A DNA stretch of 64,000 nucleotides from Balanoglossus misakiensis (lineage: Eukaryota > Animalia > Hemichordata), in NCBI GenBank assembly GCA_040954595.2, contig CM082576.2:792648-856647 (forward strand), written 5' to 3'. Under the pieces are notes generated by a model. It saw only the letters and a list, made by a program, of their open reading frames with translations, did not search any database and was not told the DNA's origin. Position numbers and translations under genes: made by a program. Positions 54,101 through 64,000 of this stretch are shown piece by piece. Each line of letters starts with the position of its first letter. The stretch's first letter is position 1.

Positions 54101-56345
54101 TAAATTTGGTTTTTATTTTTTTATGTTTCAGATGATAATCCCGAGTCTTCCAGTGACGACACCTCAAACACTGAAAAGAATGACGTCATCACTAGCAATA
54201 AACACAAAAAGTCAAAGAGAAAATCGACATCGTCCTTGTCGGAAGATGAAGAGGGTGAATCTGACGAAAAGGCTCGCGTATTAGGTAACACGGGAAGAAG
54301 ATGTTTATACAACGTCGATACATAATTAATAGTTATCTGCCTGACATTCATGTTGTTTTAATAATTAAATATATTTAAATCGCATTTTTCCTGGCGGCAT
54401 TCTAGCGATTTTTACGCTTCCTGATTTTTCTACTCGTTGGCGACTAATGAAGTAATCCGTGCATTTGTGCATGCAGCGAACGATTTGTGATTGACCCAAG
54501 TGAATACAAAGTAAGATTAGCGGCTCTCAATGAAACATGGCAGTCACAAACTTGCCGTCATGGTGGCTGCTTTTGACAGGAATGAACCTTATTCCAAAGG
54601 TGATTCAACTTTGTCAGTAAGTGTCCAAGGGGAAGTAATCCACCTCGGGCAAGACAGTCTATCGTGGCAGGGGATTATTTTAGATTCACTAAACACACAC
54701 GCTATAGCAAATGTTGTGTCGCATTTTGAAGTATGCTTGTAGGGGGAGGGGTGATGTAGGTTTAACGATATTTTTGTTTGCTTTCTTTCAGCTAAACTCC
54801 TGTTTAAATACTTTAAGCACATTGTCAAGCTGGAGAATGGGGATGAAAGCAGTGATGGTGATGACGATGGTGACTCAGCAGTAGAATCGGGTTCAGAAAG
54901 AGAATCTGGGGAAAGTGATTCAGATAGCGACACAAATCCGGCAGAAGATTCCGAAGAAAGTGAGTCTGATGATAGTGGAGATGAAGACGATAAAATGAAA
55001 CGAAAGAAAAAGGATTTTGACAGTGATGAAGATGAAGACTCGGAATCAGATTCAGATGAAGATTCGGAGGAGAGTGAATCCGATGATAGCGAAGAGGATA
55101 AGATGAAACGGAAGAAAAAAGCTGGAAGCGACAATGAAAGTGGTGAAGATGAAGACTCAGATGAATCAGATTCAGATGAAGATTCAGAGGAGAGTGAATC
55201 CGATGATAGCGAAGAGGATAAGATGAAACGGAAGAAAAAGTCTGGAAGCGACAGTGAAAGTGGCGAAGACGAAGACTCTGAATCAGATTCAGATGAAGAT
55301 TCGGAGGAGAGTGAATCCGATGATAGCGAGGAGGATAAGATGAAACGGAAGAAAAAGTCTGGAGGCGACAGTGACAGTGGCGAAGATGAAGACTCTGAAT
55401 CAGATTCAGATGAAAATTCGGAGGAGAGTGAATCCGATGATAGCGAGGAGGATAAGATGAAACGGAAGAAAAAGTCTGGAGGCGACAGTGACAGTGACGA
55501 AGATGAAGACTCGGAATCAGATTCAGATGAAGATTCGGAGGAGAGTGAATCCGATGATAGCGAGGAGGACAAGATGAAACGGAAGAAAAAATCCGGAAGC
55601 GACAGTGAAAGTGGCGAAGATGAAGACTCTGAATCAGATTCAGATGAAGATTCAGAGGAGAGTGAATCCGATGATAGCGGAGAGGATGGCATGAAACGGA
55701 AGAAAAAAGCTGGAAGCGACAGTGAAAGTGAAGAGGATGAAGACTCAGATTCAGATGAAGATTCGGAGGAGAGTGAATTCGATGATAGCGGAGAGGATGG
55801 CATGAAACGGAAGAAAAAAGCTGGAAGCGACAGTAAAAGTGAAGAGGATGAAGACTCAGATTCAGATGAGGATTCGGAGGAGAGTGAATTCGATGATAGC
55901 GGAGAGGATGGCATGAAACGGAAGAAAAAAGCTGGAAGCGACAGTAAAAGTGAAGAGGATGAAGACTCAGATTCAGATGAGGATTCGGAGGAAAGGGAAT
56001 CAGATGAAGATGAATCTGATACTAGTGATGACGAAGGCTCACAGGCCGAAAGTGAGGCTGGCAGCCAACAAGAAGAATCCGATTCTATCGACAAGGTGAT
56101 GTATATTAAGATGCCTTAGGCCTAGTATTAGCGGTTGAGTTGGCTTAGCAGAAGACAGGAACATCTCAACCAATATATTTTCCTTTTTTATTCCCCAATT
56201 CTCATTACAGAGCGAGAGTGGTGAACTGAGTAAACTGGTCACGGAGAAACTGCGAGAAAAAGTCATGAACTCACCGAAGATCAAACAGCGTGAGAAGGAA
56301 CTCATCCAAGCTCTGAAGATGTTCAAAGTGCTAAGACACAGTTGA
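46613..56345 (+). CDS. Secreted highly acidic chromogranin A/B-like (granin) precursor, ~790 aa
   Basis: 8 GT-AG exons in continuous frame: 46613-46667, 49785-49879, 51346-51433, 51652-51990, 52262-52465, 54132-54284, 54792-56095, 56211-56345 (phases 1,0,1,1,1,1,0). Signal peptide MKPAYALLFLLGVLLVSQVVS. Exon 3 encodes FLGCIYEMVAGSLNKAQEVDPECVELLEE. Asp/Glu/Ser-rich body with many basic cleavage clusters; helical C-terminus ...KIKQREKELIQALKMFKVLRHS. ATTAAA at 57053. The gene model is solid; the granin assignment rests on motif and structure recall, not a database search. Confidence 0.8.
48047..48108. repeat. Compound (TCTA)n/(TCTG)n microsatellite
   Basis: Seen directly in intron 1 of the chromogranin-like gene. 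Confidence 0.9.
52688..53017 (-). pseudogene. Gypsy gag N-terminal fragment
   Basis: 109-aa ORF directly downstream of the PBS with a coiled-coil ERQKERE tract; no capsid or pol sequence follows. Confidence 0.7.
52690..53919 (-). mobile_element. Truncated Gypsy-type LTR retrotransposon: 5' LTR + tRNA-Pro PBS + gag N-terminus
   Basis: LTR 53121-53919 with TGTCAC...GTGACA termini and minus-strand TATAAAA near 53671-53677. PBS TGGGGGCTCGTCCGGGA at 53102-53118 is the classic tRNA-Pro PBS. The ORF MDLQALVTLGKEMGYEGEALQNFVKTQQDVQRDERQKERE is typical of Gypsy gag N-termini and breaks off near 52750. Confidence 0.85.
54995..56010 (+). repeat. Coding tandem repeat, 9 units of 108-120 nt (MKRKKK + Ser/Asp/Glu-rich spacer)
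   Basis: MKRKKK codons start at 54995, 55103, 55223, 55340, 55457, 55574, 55691, 55802 and 55913; all periods are multiples of 3. Confidence 0.95.
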
Positions 56346-58467
56346 ACTCGGAACGTGTGATGGTGTTGCTACTGCAAACCGTATCGAACCGGACCAAACC
56401 GGCTCTAACCAGACAAGACAAGACAGCAACCCACACCACATGAGTCTATGTAAAGATATCAACCACTCACAACTCCAACGTCCGTATGCATGAAAGGGAT
56501 GGCGTAGGAGTCCACCTTTTAAACAAAGAAACATTACATTTTAGACTTTGACAGTGTCGTAATGTTCCATAGCAGTCTTATAATTCTGTTCTAATAGTAC
56601 CAAAGCAATAATTCGTCTAACCAATGTACGTGTGCGTCGCCGTTATCTGTGATATCACCTGTTTGCGGGGAAGACATTTTTGGGTCTCCACATGCACACT
56701 TCGGAAGCATACATGCAATGTAACTGTACATCGAGCAAAGTACAGGAGATGCAGCAATAGCTTTTGTTATTCTCTTTTTTATGTGCATGTTATTTGTTCG
56801 GCAATATACTTTCCCGTTTCCATGCGATAGAAATAACGTTGTTTTCACGATGCACTATACCACAGTCGTTCGGCAATACCGGTACAGAATGCCCTTCTAT
56901 GTGAACTTGTTCAACTTTGTTTCAACTGGCTTCGTTGTTTTATTTTCATTCAGATTTTCATTCGTTTTAATAGTGTGCTACTGTGTTAAAAGTACGCATG
57001 CGTCCGTTATGTATCGTCTATCAAGTAAAATGATGTGTAGAAATATTTGTGAATTAAAGTTTGTGGTTTAATTCCTATAAGGACTCTTGTGTTCGCAGTT
57101 TTGTCATAAGATATAAACGATCATGAGAATATAAAGCTATTTACAGGATGATTAATATTTTATGCAACAACTTAGTTCGTCTGTGATCGGCGCTGATATG
57201 AATTGGTTTGGAGGGACCTTCACACAAAATAGAGATTACAGTTCACAAACTTTTCGTTTTGAATTAATATGATGGATTAGTTCCATTCAGTATGTAGACG
57301 TAAATAATTCATACATAAATCTCTTGTCTGATAATTCCCAATATTTGATTGGTCGTTATATTTCTAAGTTGAGAACGAGTTTATATGTGCGTTGCTTGAT
57401 GGGATAGAATAGCAGTGACCGCCCCAATGCAATTTACTGTCACCGACTCCCATTAGCGTTGGGGTTTCTTTTGCTCCCAGACTAGGCCTGTTATCAGTTG
57501 CGTTGGAAATACCTTTAGTGTACAAGATTCTGGTGATAAAAACAATGTCTAATGACATTAATCATTATAGTTATCAGATTGAAAAAGTTCAAAACTAAAT
57601 GTGAGATAATACAACTGTATCAAAATTTTGATCTAAACATAAACGCCCTCAATGGCGGAAACATGATTTTTTCCAAGACACCTGGATAAAACCACTTCTC
57701 AGTCATTTGGAATTCTAACTGAAAGATAATGTAGCATCAGATCGGGTCCAATAATCATTGTCATTCAATATAAGTTAAATACCACCCCCACCCCCTCCCC
57801 CCCCAAAAAGAGGGGGAAAATTGACAACTGCAATTCCACGACAATCTAAATATATAGGGGGTTCACGTACTGTTTGTATACCCAGGAAATAAGCCATCAG
57901 CTCAGCTGCGCACAACCTCACCTAAATATATACATTCTTGGTACACCAAGTAAATTTATACTGACGTTTAGAGGTGGGTAAACATTTTATCGTCACTCTG
58001 GAAACGTAGCGATTAATGCGAATGTCATTTCAATTACAGAATGTCGGGAAGATATTTTATAAGTTATTGACTATATACAGGATATATTACCATTCTAATA
58101 TAACATTAATAATTCACTGGGTCACATCCGGTGGTCGACCATAAAACATGTAAAATAAAGCGAAAATGACGTGTGCGCATGCATGAAAACGTCAGCTGAA
58201 TATCAATACATGTTATGTACTATTGTTATGACACCCTCATCAAATTTCGTAAGCAGATAAATACCTCGGTAGCTGAGGTGTTGAGTCAAGAGAAAAATAT
58301 GTTCATTGGGAAGACATAGTGGTGCGGTGCCTTTATGAATTACAAATGTCCAAGAATTATCATAACAGTTTTAAATTCCCCTCATATCATCGTTTCCATG
58401 GAGCTATACTGGTCACTATTGAGGATTTACAAAAATGCATGTACGGCTCATCAATATTTTTGTCAGT

Positions 58468-59937
58468 TTAGTGAAATATTTTATACAAAGGTGGGTGTCT
58501 TCTGCTGCCACGATCACCGAGAATGGCGATATCGGGTCTTTGCTGTTTAAATACCGATCCGTCACCTTCTCTGGCCGCGGGAACCTCCCTCGTCGCCGGT
58601 GAGCCATCTTGTAACCCTGAAATCTCGTGTTCATGATTTCCTCCCGTCTTTCCGGAGCATCTCGGTGATGGGAGCTCTTCACTCTCTTGTACTTCGTGCG
58701 TCTCTGCAGTCGTTGGTGTTGCCATGGTAATTGTATCCACTTTTCTGGGACTGGATGCATGTCTTTCGTCAAAGCGGCCTTCTCTCGCATCCTCCTGATC
58801 TCTGTATGACGTGGTAGTGTAAATTTCTTTATCGGGTTTCGGTGATTCCATCGTCCCACTGATTTTATGTCCGGTCTTTTCTTGCGTCGCAACGATGCTG
58901 CCAAGTGATCGTTCTCTGTTGAATTCAACCGATGGACGGAATGTAACGGGGTAACTTTCTGAGTAACTTGTTTCCTCTGAAAGGTTGAGCAGTTCTCGTA
59001 ATCGCATCGTCACACTTTTCGAGCACATCACCTGCATAGCACTCAGGTACTGCACCCACATTTCTGCTGACAAACGTTCTTGAGTGAGCTCGCATTCCTT
59101 ACGCTCCAGTTCTTTCAGTTTGTCTTCCAAGTCTTCCTTCCAACTCTGGTGTGCATCTTCCAACTTCTTCAGAAGACGCGTGCGATCTTCTTCAATCATC
59201 TTGATGTATTCAGCGACCGTCTTCTGGACGTGGATGTTCAGTTTCAATTCTTGTTCACGGAAGCGATCATCGAGTGACTCCATGGTTCGCCGAACCTGAG
59301 TTCGTCTGTCCGTTGTTTGTTCTTCTTTCGTTTTTATCTGGTCCAGTGCAACAGTCAATGTTTCTGTATACTCTACCGCCGCGTCTCTTATAGACTTACA
59401 ACAGTGGTGGTTGTGGTCAGTCGTGGAGCATTCACAACACACTGAAGAGTTGCAGGTGTCACAGTAAAAATTGGCAAGTTTGCCTCGATGGACGATACAC
59501 CATGTTGGGAACTGAACTCCGATCAACTCGGCGAACGTACGCCTGTATGTGCTGTTGTTGGCAAACGCTTTCTGGACAGGTTTGTGGGCTCGGAGAGAGG
59601 GACGTTTTCGCTGAGACTGAAGACCATCCCGACAAGCATGCCCACATTGACTGTCAACTTCTCCTTCTTCGCACCCTTCACATTTTCCAGCAGATTTCCT
59701 TCGATTTCGAACCCGTCCAGCTTGAGATCGATCGTCTACAAGTTCCATTGGATCTCGATTTTGATCACAACACTTGGCTACATTAATCATCCTTTGTCCG
59801 TCTTTCCACTCGGTGAATTGATCAAAGCGGTTCTCGGACAGAAATTGCAGTTTACTTTGTCCCTCTAAACCATTTCCACCAGTTGCACACTCTTGATTAG
59901 TCTGCGGTTGGAAATCTTTTCCAAGAGCTGTTGCCAT
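58468..59937 (-). CDS. RING-less TRIM-like protein (degenerate B-box1, B-box2, coiled coil), ~489 aa from the first in-frame ATG
   Basis: Open frame 58468-60066; first ATG at 59937 (MATALGK). B-box2 CIVHRGKLANFYCDTCNSSVCCECSTTDHNHH, partial B-box1 CEGCEE..CGHACRD, then a long heptad coiled coil. No RING, filamin or NHL domain visible. Confidence 0.8.
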   Translation of the reverse strand: MATALGKDFQPQTNQECATGGNGLEGQSKLQFLSENRFDQFTEWKDGQRMINVAKCCDQNRDPMELVDDRSQAGRVRNRRKSAGKCEGCEEGEVDSQCGHACRDGLQSQRKRPSLRAHKPVQKAFANNSTYRRTFAELIGVQFPTWCIVHRGKLANFYCDTCNSSVCCECSTTDHNHHCCKSIRDAAVEYTETLTVALDQIKTKEEQTTDRRTQVRRTMESLDDRFREQELKLNIHVQKTVAEYIKMIEEDRTRLLKKLEDAHQSWKEDLEDKLKELERKECELTQERLSAEMWVQYLSAMQVMCSKSVTMRLRELLNLSEETSYSESYPVTFRPSVEFNRERSLGSIVATQEKTGHKISGTMESPKPDKEIYTTTSYRDQEDAREGRFDERHASSPRKVDTITMATPTTAETHEVQESEELPSPRCSGKTGGNHEHEISGLQDGSPATREVPAAREGDGSVFKQQRPDIAILGDRGSRRHPPLYKIFH

Positions 59938-60672
59938 TTCACAGAACTTCACCGAGTATGAACAAGTCTCTGTACAAAGGTTCAGTGAACCACCGCCCTC
60001 TACAACGCCACGGCGCAAGTCTGCCTTTGCGTAGTTAATACAGTTAGCATTAAATGTATCATACAAGTATCAGGTATGGATATGTATCGTAATGGTGCAA
60101 CTAAATTTGCAATGACAACGAGATAGTAAGTTTTTACAAATACGGATGATGGGGATGGATGTTTTTAAAGCCCCATGAGCTGCAATACGATAAAAATTAA
60201 GCATTAAATTATCGCGGATTTCTGATAGTATATCAAGAAAACACTTATTTATGAAAAAATTGCCAAACAATAAAAGAAATATCGGTAGAGACCATACCAC
60301 CACAATCGGCGTCGTCATCATCGATGACGGCGCTCCCCTTTATTTTATTAATAGTGTAAGTTTCGACAGGCCTTGCAGAATAGTACTGCTTTCGTTTTCC
60401 TTAACCCGATTATCAGCTAGAATTTTCCCGTCATTCAGTTTCAGTGGATTATATAGTGTTAGTATGAAATGTGTAAGGCTTTACATTTGTGTTTAAACGT
60501 GAACTTGAGATAAGTTCCTCTTTAGATTCCTAGTATTAACGGTTCATATTACTTAAGTTGGGCAGTCCGGTCGGTGTATGATTGATACCTACTTAAAGGT
60601 ACCTTTCGCGTCGACTCGTTTCCATAGAAATACAAACAAAAACAAAGTTCAAAACAAGTTATGATGTTCTTT

Positions 60673-60690
60673 AGAGAGAGAGAGAGAGAG
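60673..60690. repeat. (AG)n microsatellite
   Basis: About 9 AG units. Confidence 0.8.
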
Positions 60691-61443
60691 CAAAGGTCAT
60701 GTCATTGGGGTGTAGGTTTAAGTCCTGCATAGGTCACCCATGTTCTCACAAAATTCAGTCTATATTGCAGAGTGTGTAGATATACATTCACATTTCCCAG
60801 GCCCTTCTGCATGCAGATGTGCTTGTAATATTATATTGAAAGTGCTATGTTGCATTTCAAAATCAATATTTCCCTTGTGTGCACACTTCAAAGTAAAACT
60901 GTATTGACAAATAAGTGTGCAGTGGGTGGGGTGGTGTCAGAAATTCTAATTAGCTCGTGGCACAGTTAGCTGTCCCATTTGATTTTCCATCATTGTCCAT
61001 TGTCAAGTATATTGCCTTTTGTTATAATGCTACTCTCTCCATCTCTTCTTCCATCCCCTGTGTTATTCTCTCGTGTTCATTATTATAAAAATACCACTTC
61101 CATGCATGCTTTCTTACTTTCCCCATTTCTTGAGTTTATTTTCCTGTCACGTATGATATTATTCCATGTACATGTAATGTAACGCCAAGTCCTCGGCCTA
61201 CCCGGTACAACAGAATATTGATGATGGGAACCATGGTAGACACCCACTAAAACTCCAACTTACTCTGAAAGTTCACTGCGCCCTCTCTCTTACCCATCAT
61301 GCACAGCGCACATGTATGACAGGAAATGAGGCCAGGGTATAGTCATCGGAATGAACAACATTTGTCACTTGAACCAAATTTACAGATAGTTTTTGGTCAG
61401 TTTACATGACCGCGGTGAGGATATACGCGATTTTTAGAAGACG

Positions 61444-64000
61444 ATGGCAACTAGTACGAGTTCAGAGATTTCCAGAAGGAATCCCCAGGACGATTTTGAC
61501 TTGGTCCAACGAATTGGTAGCGGAACGTACGGCGATGTGTACAAGGTCAGTGTTCATCTGTAAAATATTTCTGTGATGTTATGCTCGGGGAGATTTGATG
61601 TCAGTACTGTTAGTTTTGTCAATTGCGTTCCTTCAGTCGTAGAAACAAGTACGTTCGCTGAATTTAACTAAATCGATTAACATATGAATACCAATTCACC
61701 AAGTTTTTTTTCTCCGGGAAGGGTGTATATCCGTCATATTTGCCGGTAGGGCACCTTGTCGGCGTGGAGTCGGTTCGCAGACGTCAAAGCTGGTTCTAAA
61801 ATTAACTGTTCTGTACTTGAGGTGTGTGATTGACGTATTTTAGATAAAATTCAGTAAAATAAGATTTGATAGAAATATGTGATGACAACGACAGGGTCTT
61901 CGATAAACCAAGACAACGTAGAGCGAAAACCCGGACCCCGACCACTCGGAGAAAGTTTATGGATACCCACCTAGCGCCCCCATTTTCTCTCTGACGTAAA
62001 AGATGCAATTTTCTTTGAACTTGTCAAAATCGAGATGATGTCTCCTCCAACATAACTTTGTGAGGTATTGTTTACACGTAAAGTAATCGTTTGTACATGG
62101 ATATGTGTTACCCCATGGTTTAGTAGAATGACGTCTGATGGGTCACCGCAAACGCCCTGTCGCTGATGATGATGACACTGGCGTGTCGCACTGTGACACC
62201 GTACAGTGTGTATGTTATAGTGCCATTGTTTTACTATTCGAAACACTCCCAGTCGCGGAAATGACAGCGTAAACATGTGTAATCTGTATGCCAAGGAGTC
62301 ACCCAACTGAAATGAAAATTAAAGAAAAACGGTGTGAGACTCTTCGTCCGGTGTCTTATGGCCGCAATATAAGAAATCCAGTGTGTATTTGCAACAGGAA
62401 GGAATTCCTGAATGTGTTCAGTTCATGGAAGTGCGCAAACTGCGTTGACCCAGTGACTGAGTGAGTCATATAATTCAATAACAGTGAATCAGGGTTGTGT
62501 CTCATCATATTCAAGGTTTGCTAGTAAACCTAGTCAGACAAATCCATCAAATCGGAAAAAAATATTGAGTGTGAACAACGTAGTCATAATGATAATTACG
62601 CATTCAGACAAAATACTAACAATTCTTTAAAAAGTACTGTTTTAGTAATGTACCTATTTATATAATTAGGTTGAAATATGTACTTCGTGTTGTATGTGAG
62701 GGCTCTTTTAGAGAATAGTCGTGATGTTATGAAACATATCTAGTCATCTGTGGCCCAGTTGACTTCCTGCAGCAAGACTTTTTTTTACCCTTTAAACATT
62801 TTCTAGTGATTCACAATTATCAATCTCAAGATCTAGATATTAGCAGACAGTTGTCCCATCAGATGTGAGAGCTCTTTGTGTCCTTGAATAATTGCAATAA
62901 TTCATTCATAATAGATTATGTCAATAGCCAAAATAATTATTCCTGTGCCATTGTAAAGCTGCAAATATTCAAATTAAAGGTCCATTTTGGAATGACAATT
63001 TCTCCTAATTACTATTAAGTGTCAGTTTGTTGTAAATATATAATTTTTTTTTTCAAAAATCGTTACTTGTGTATTTTATACATGTATATGTAGTATTGAT
63101 AATAATTTAATTTTCTTTTGCTTTGTGAATTAAATGTTTGTGACATTTAAAGCTGTCACAACAAAAGTGTGGTTGAACCTCAATAATACAATATATACAT
63201 GTATGGATTGAGCAATATACACTGAAATGTGGGTTATTTAAGTCAAGTGCAGTCTGTTCACAGCTCAGTAGTACTATCGGTTGTAATACAAATCGGGGGA
63301 TAAGATGATACATATGATATGTGTATTTTTTATCAGTGAAAAACTTGCAACTGAAGAGCTAACTTGATGGTAGATGCCAGACAAGCCTAGGAACATGTAC
63401 AATTAGCATTGCCATTTGTAAGATGGGAAACTTAAGTGACCTTGTGTTTAATCAGTTGATTAGAAATCAAATAAGGAAATTAATGGGAGTACATAGAACA
63501 TACAGCACACTGTGAACTTTGAACTCGTTAGTTTCTTAGCATTCAATAAATGTTTTTGCTCCAATATTGGCACAGTGACTGGAAAGAATATTCTGTTGCT
63601 CAGCTGATGTACTTTATTTGTAAATGGGTTATTTATGATAATATTGAGATATTGATAATAATTACTACTGTGACAGTGTAAGTGTGAGCAAGGTTAGTCA
63701 GAAATTCATTTCATCAACAGTTGCAGTTTGTGAACATGAAAGTAGCATTGACTGCCTGGTAATTTGAATACCCTCCTAGGGCTTCATTAAAATCAATTCC
63801 TGTTTGTGACTTTTCATAGAAATGTACTGAAATTGTTACAAGGGGCTCTTCCTAAGCAAGATTTCACACACATTTATTGTGGTGGTGATAGAGTTATGGT
63901 TGCAGAATGGCAATGTAGGTTTGAAACTACATTATGAATGTATCATCGTTGTTTACATGTTATGTTGATTTTCGTCTTCATTTTTTTCCAGGCGCGCATG
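61444..64000 (+). CDS. MAP4K3: MAP4K (GCK-I family, MAP4K3/MAP4K5-like) kinase, 5' end (exon 1 61444-61545; exon 2 begins at 63992 and runs off the window)
   Basis: [34 protein letters not shown]|ARM closely matches the MAP4K3 N-terminus ([27 protein letters not shown]). Donor AAG|GTCAGT, acceptor tttttttccag|GCG. Probably co-orthologous to vertebrate MAP4K1/2/3/5. Confidence 0.92.

Noticed and set aside
54589-56094. 501-aa Ser-rich ORF on the minus strand
   Set aside because: Antisense shadow of the repetitive acidic exon 7; the plus strand has the splice sites, signal peptide and coherent gene model.
54995-56119. Stand-alone 374-aa nucleolar-type acidic protein with KRKKK NLS repeats
   Set aside because: The frame is open back to the acceptor at 54792 and has a donor at 56095; it is an internal exon of a signal-peptide-bearing gene.
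58416-58928. 170-aa Arg-rich overlapping ORF in the TRIM-like gene tail
   Set aside because: Alternative frame with a non-ATG start and no recognisable domain; no evidence that it is a frameshifted NHL or filamin region.
60309-60333. GC-rich hairpin GCGTCGTCATC-ATC-GATGACGGCGC as a Helitron 3' end or terminator
   Set aside because: No CTRR end at the expected distance and no other element features.

Overview
AT-rich, intron-containing animal genomic DNA. Gene style suggests an invertebrate deuterostome such as a hemichordate or echinoderm, but the species cannot be fixed from sequence alone. I built six gene models by hand from GT-AG sites and reading-frame continuity. (1) Uncharacterised 12-exon gene, minus strand, 1177-22091, about 711 aa. 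(2) Intronless 991-aa disordered protein, minus, 25091-28066. (3) 17-exon secreted glycoside-hydrolase-like gene, plus, 29973-40110, about 761 aa. Its intron 12 holds a ~4.7 kb repeat-rich, transposon-like insert with an antisense spliced non-coding unit. (4) 8-exon secreted acidic protein, plus, 46613-56345, about 790 aa, that looks like an invertebrate chromogranin A/B homologue. It has the CIxE...LxK...PEC disulfide loop on its own exon, CHGA-like intron phases, a CRE+TATA promoter and nine KRKKK-delimited acidic repeats. A truncated Gypsy LTR element sits in its intron 5. (5) RING-less B-box/coiled-coil TRIM-like ORF, minus, 58468-59937. (6) The 5' end of a MAP4K3/5-type kinase, plus, from 61444. 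The chromogranin-like locus is the headline finding; no database searches could be run.
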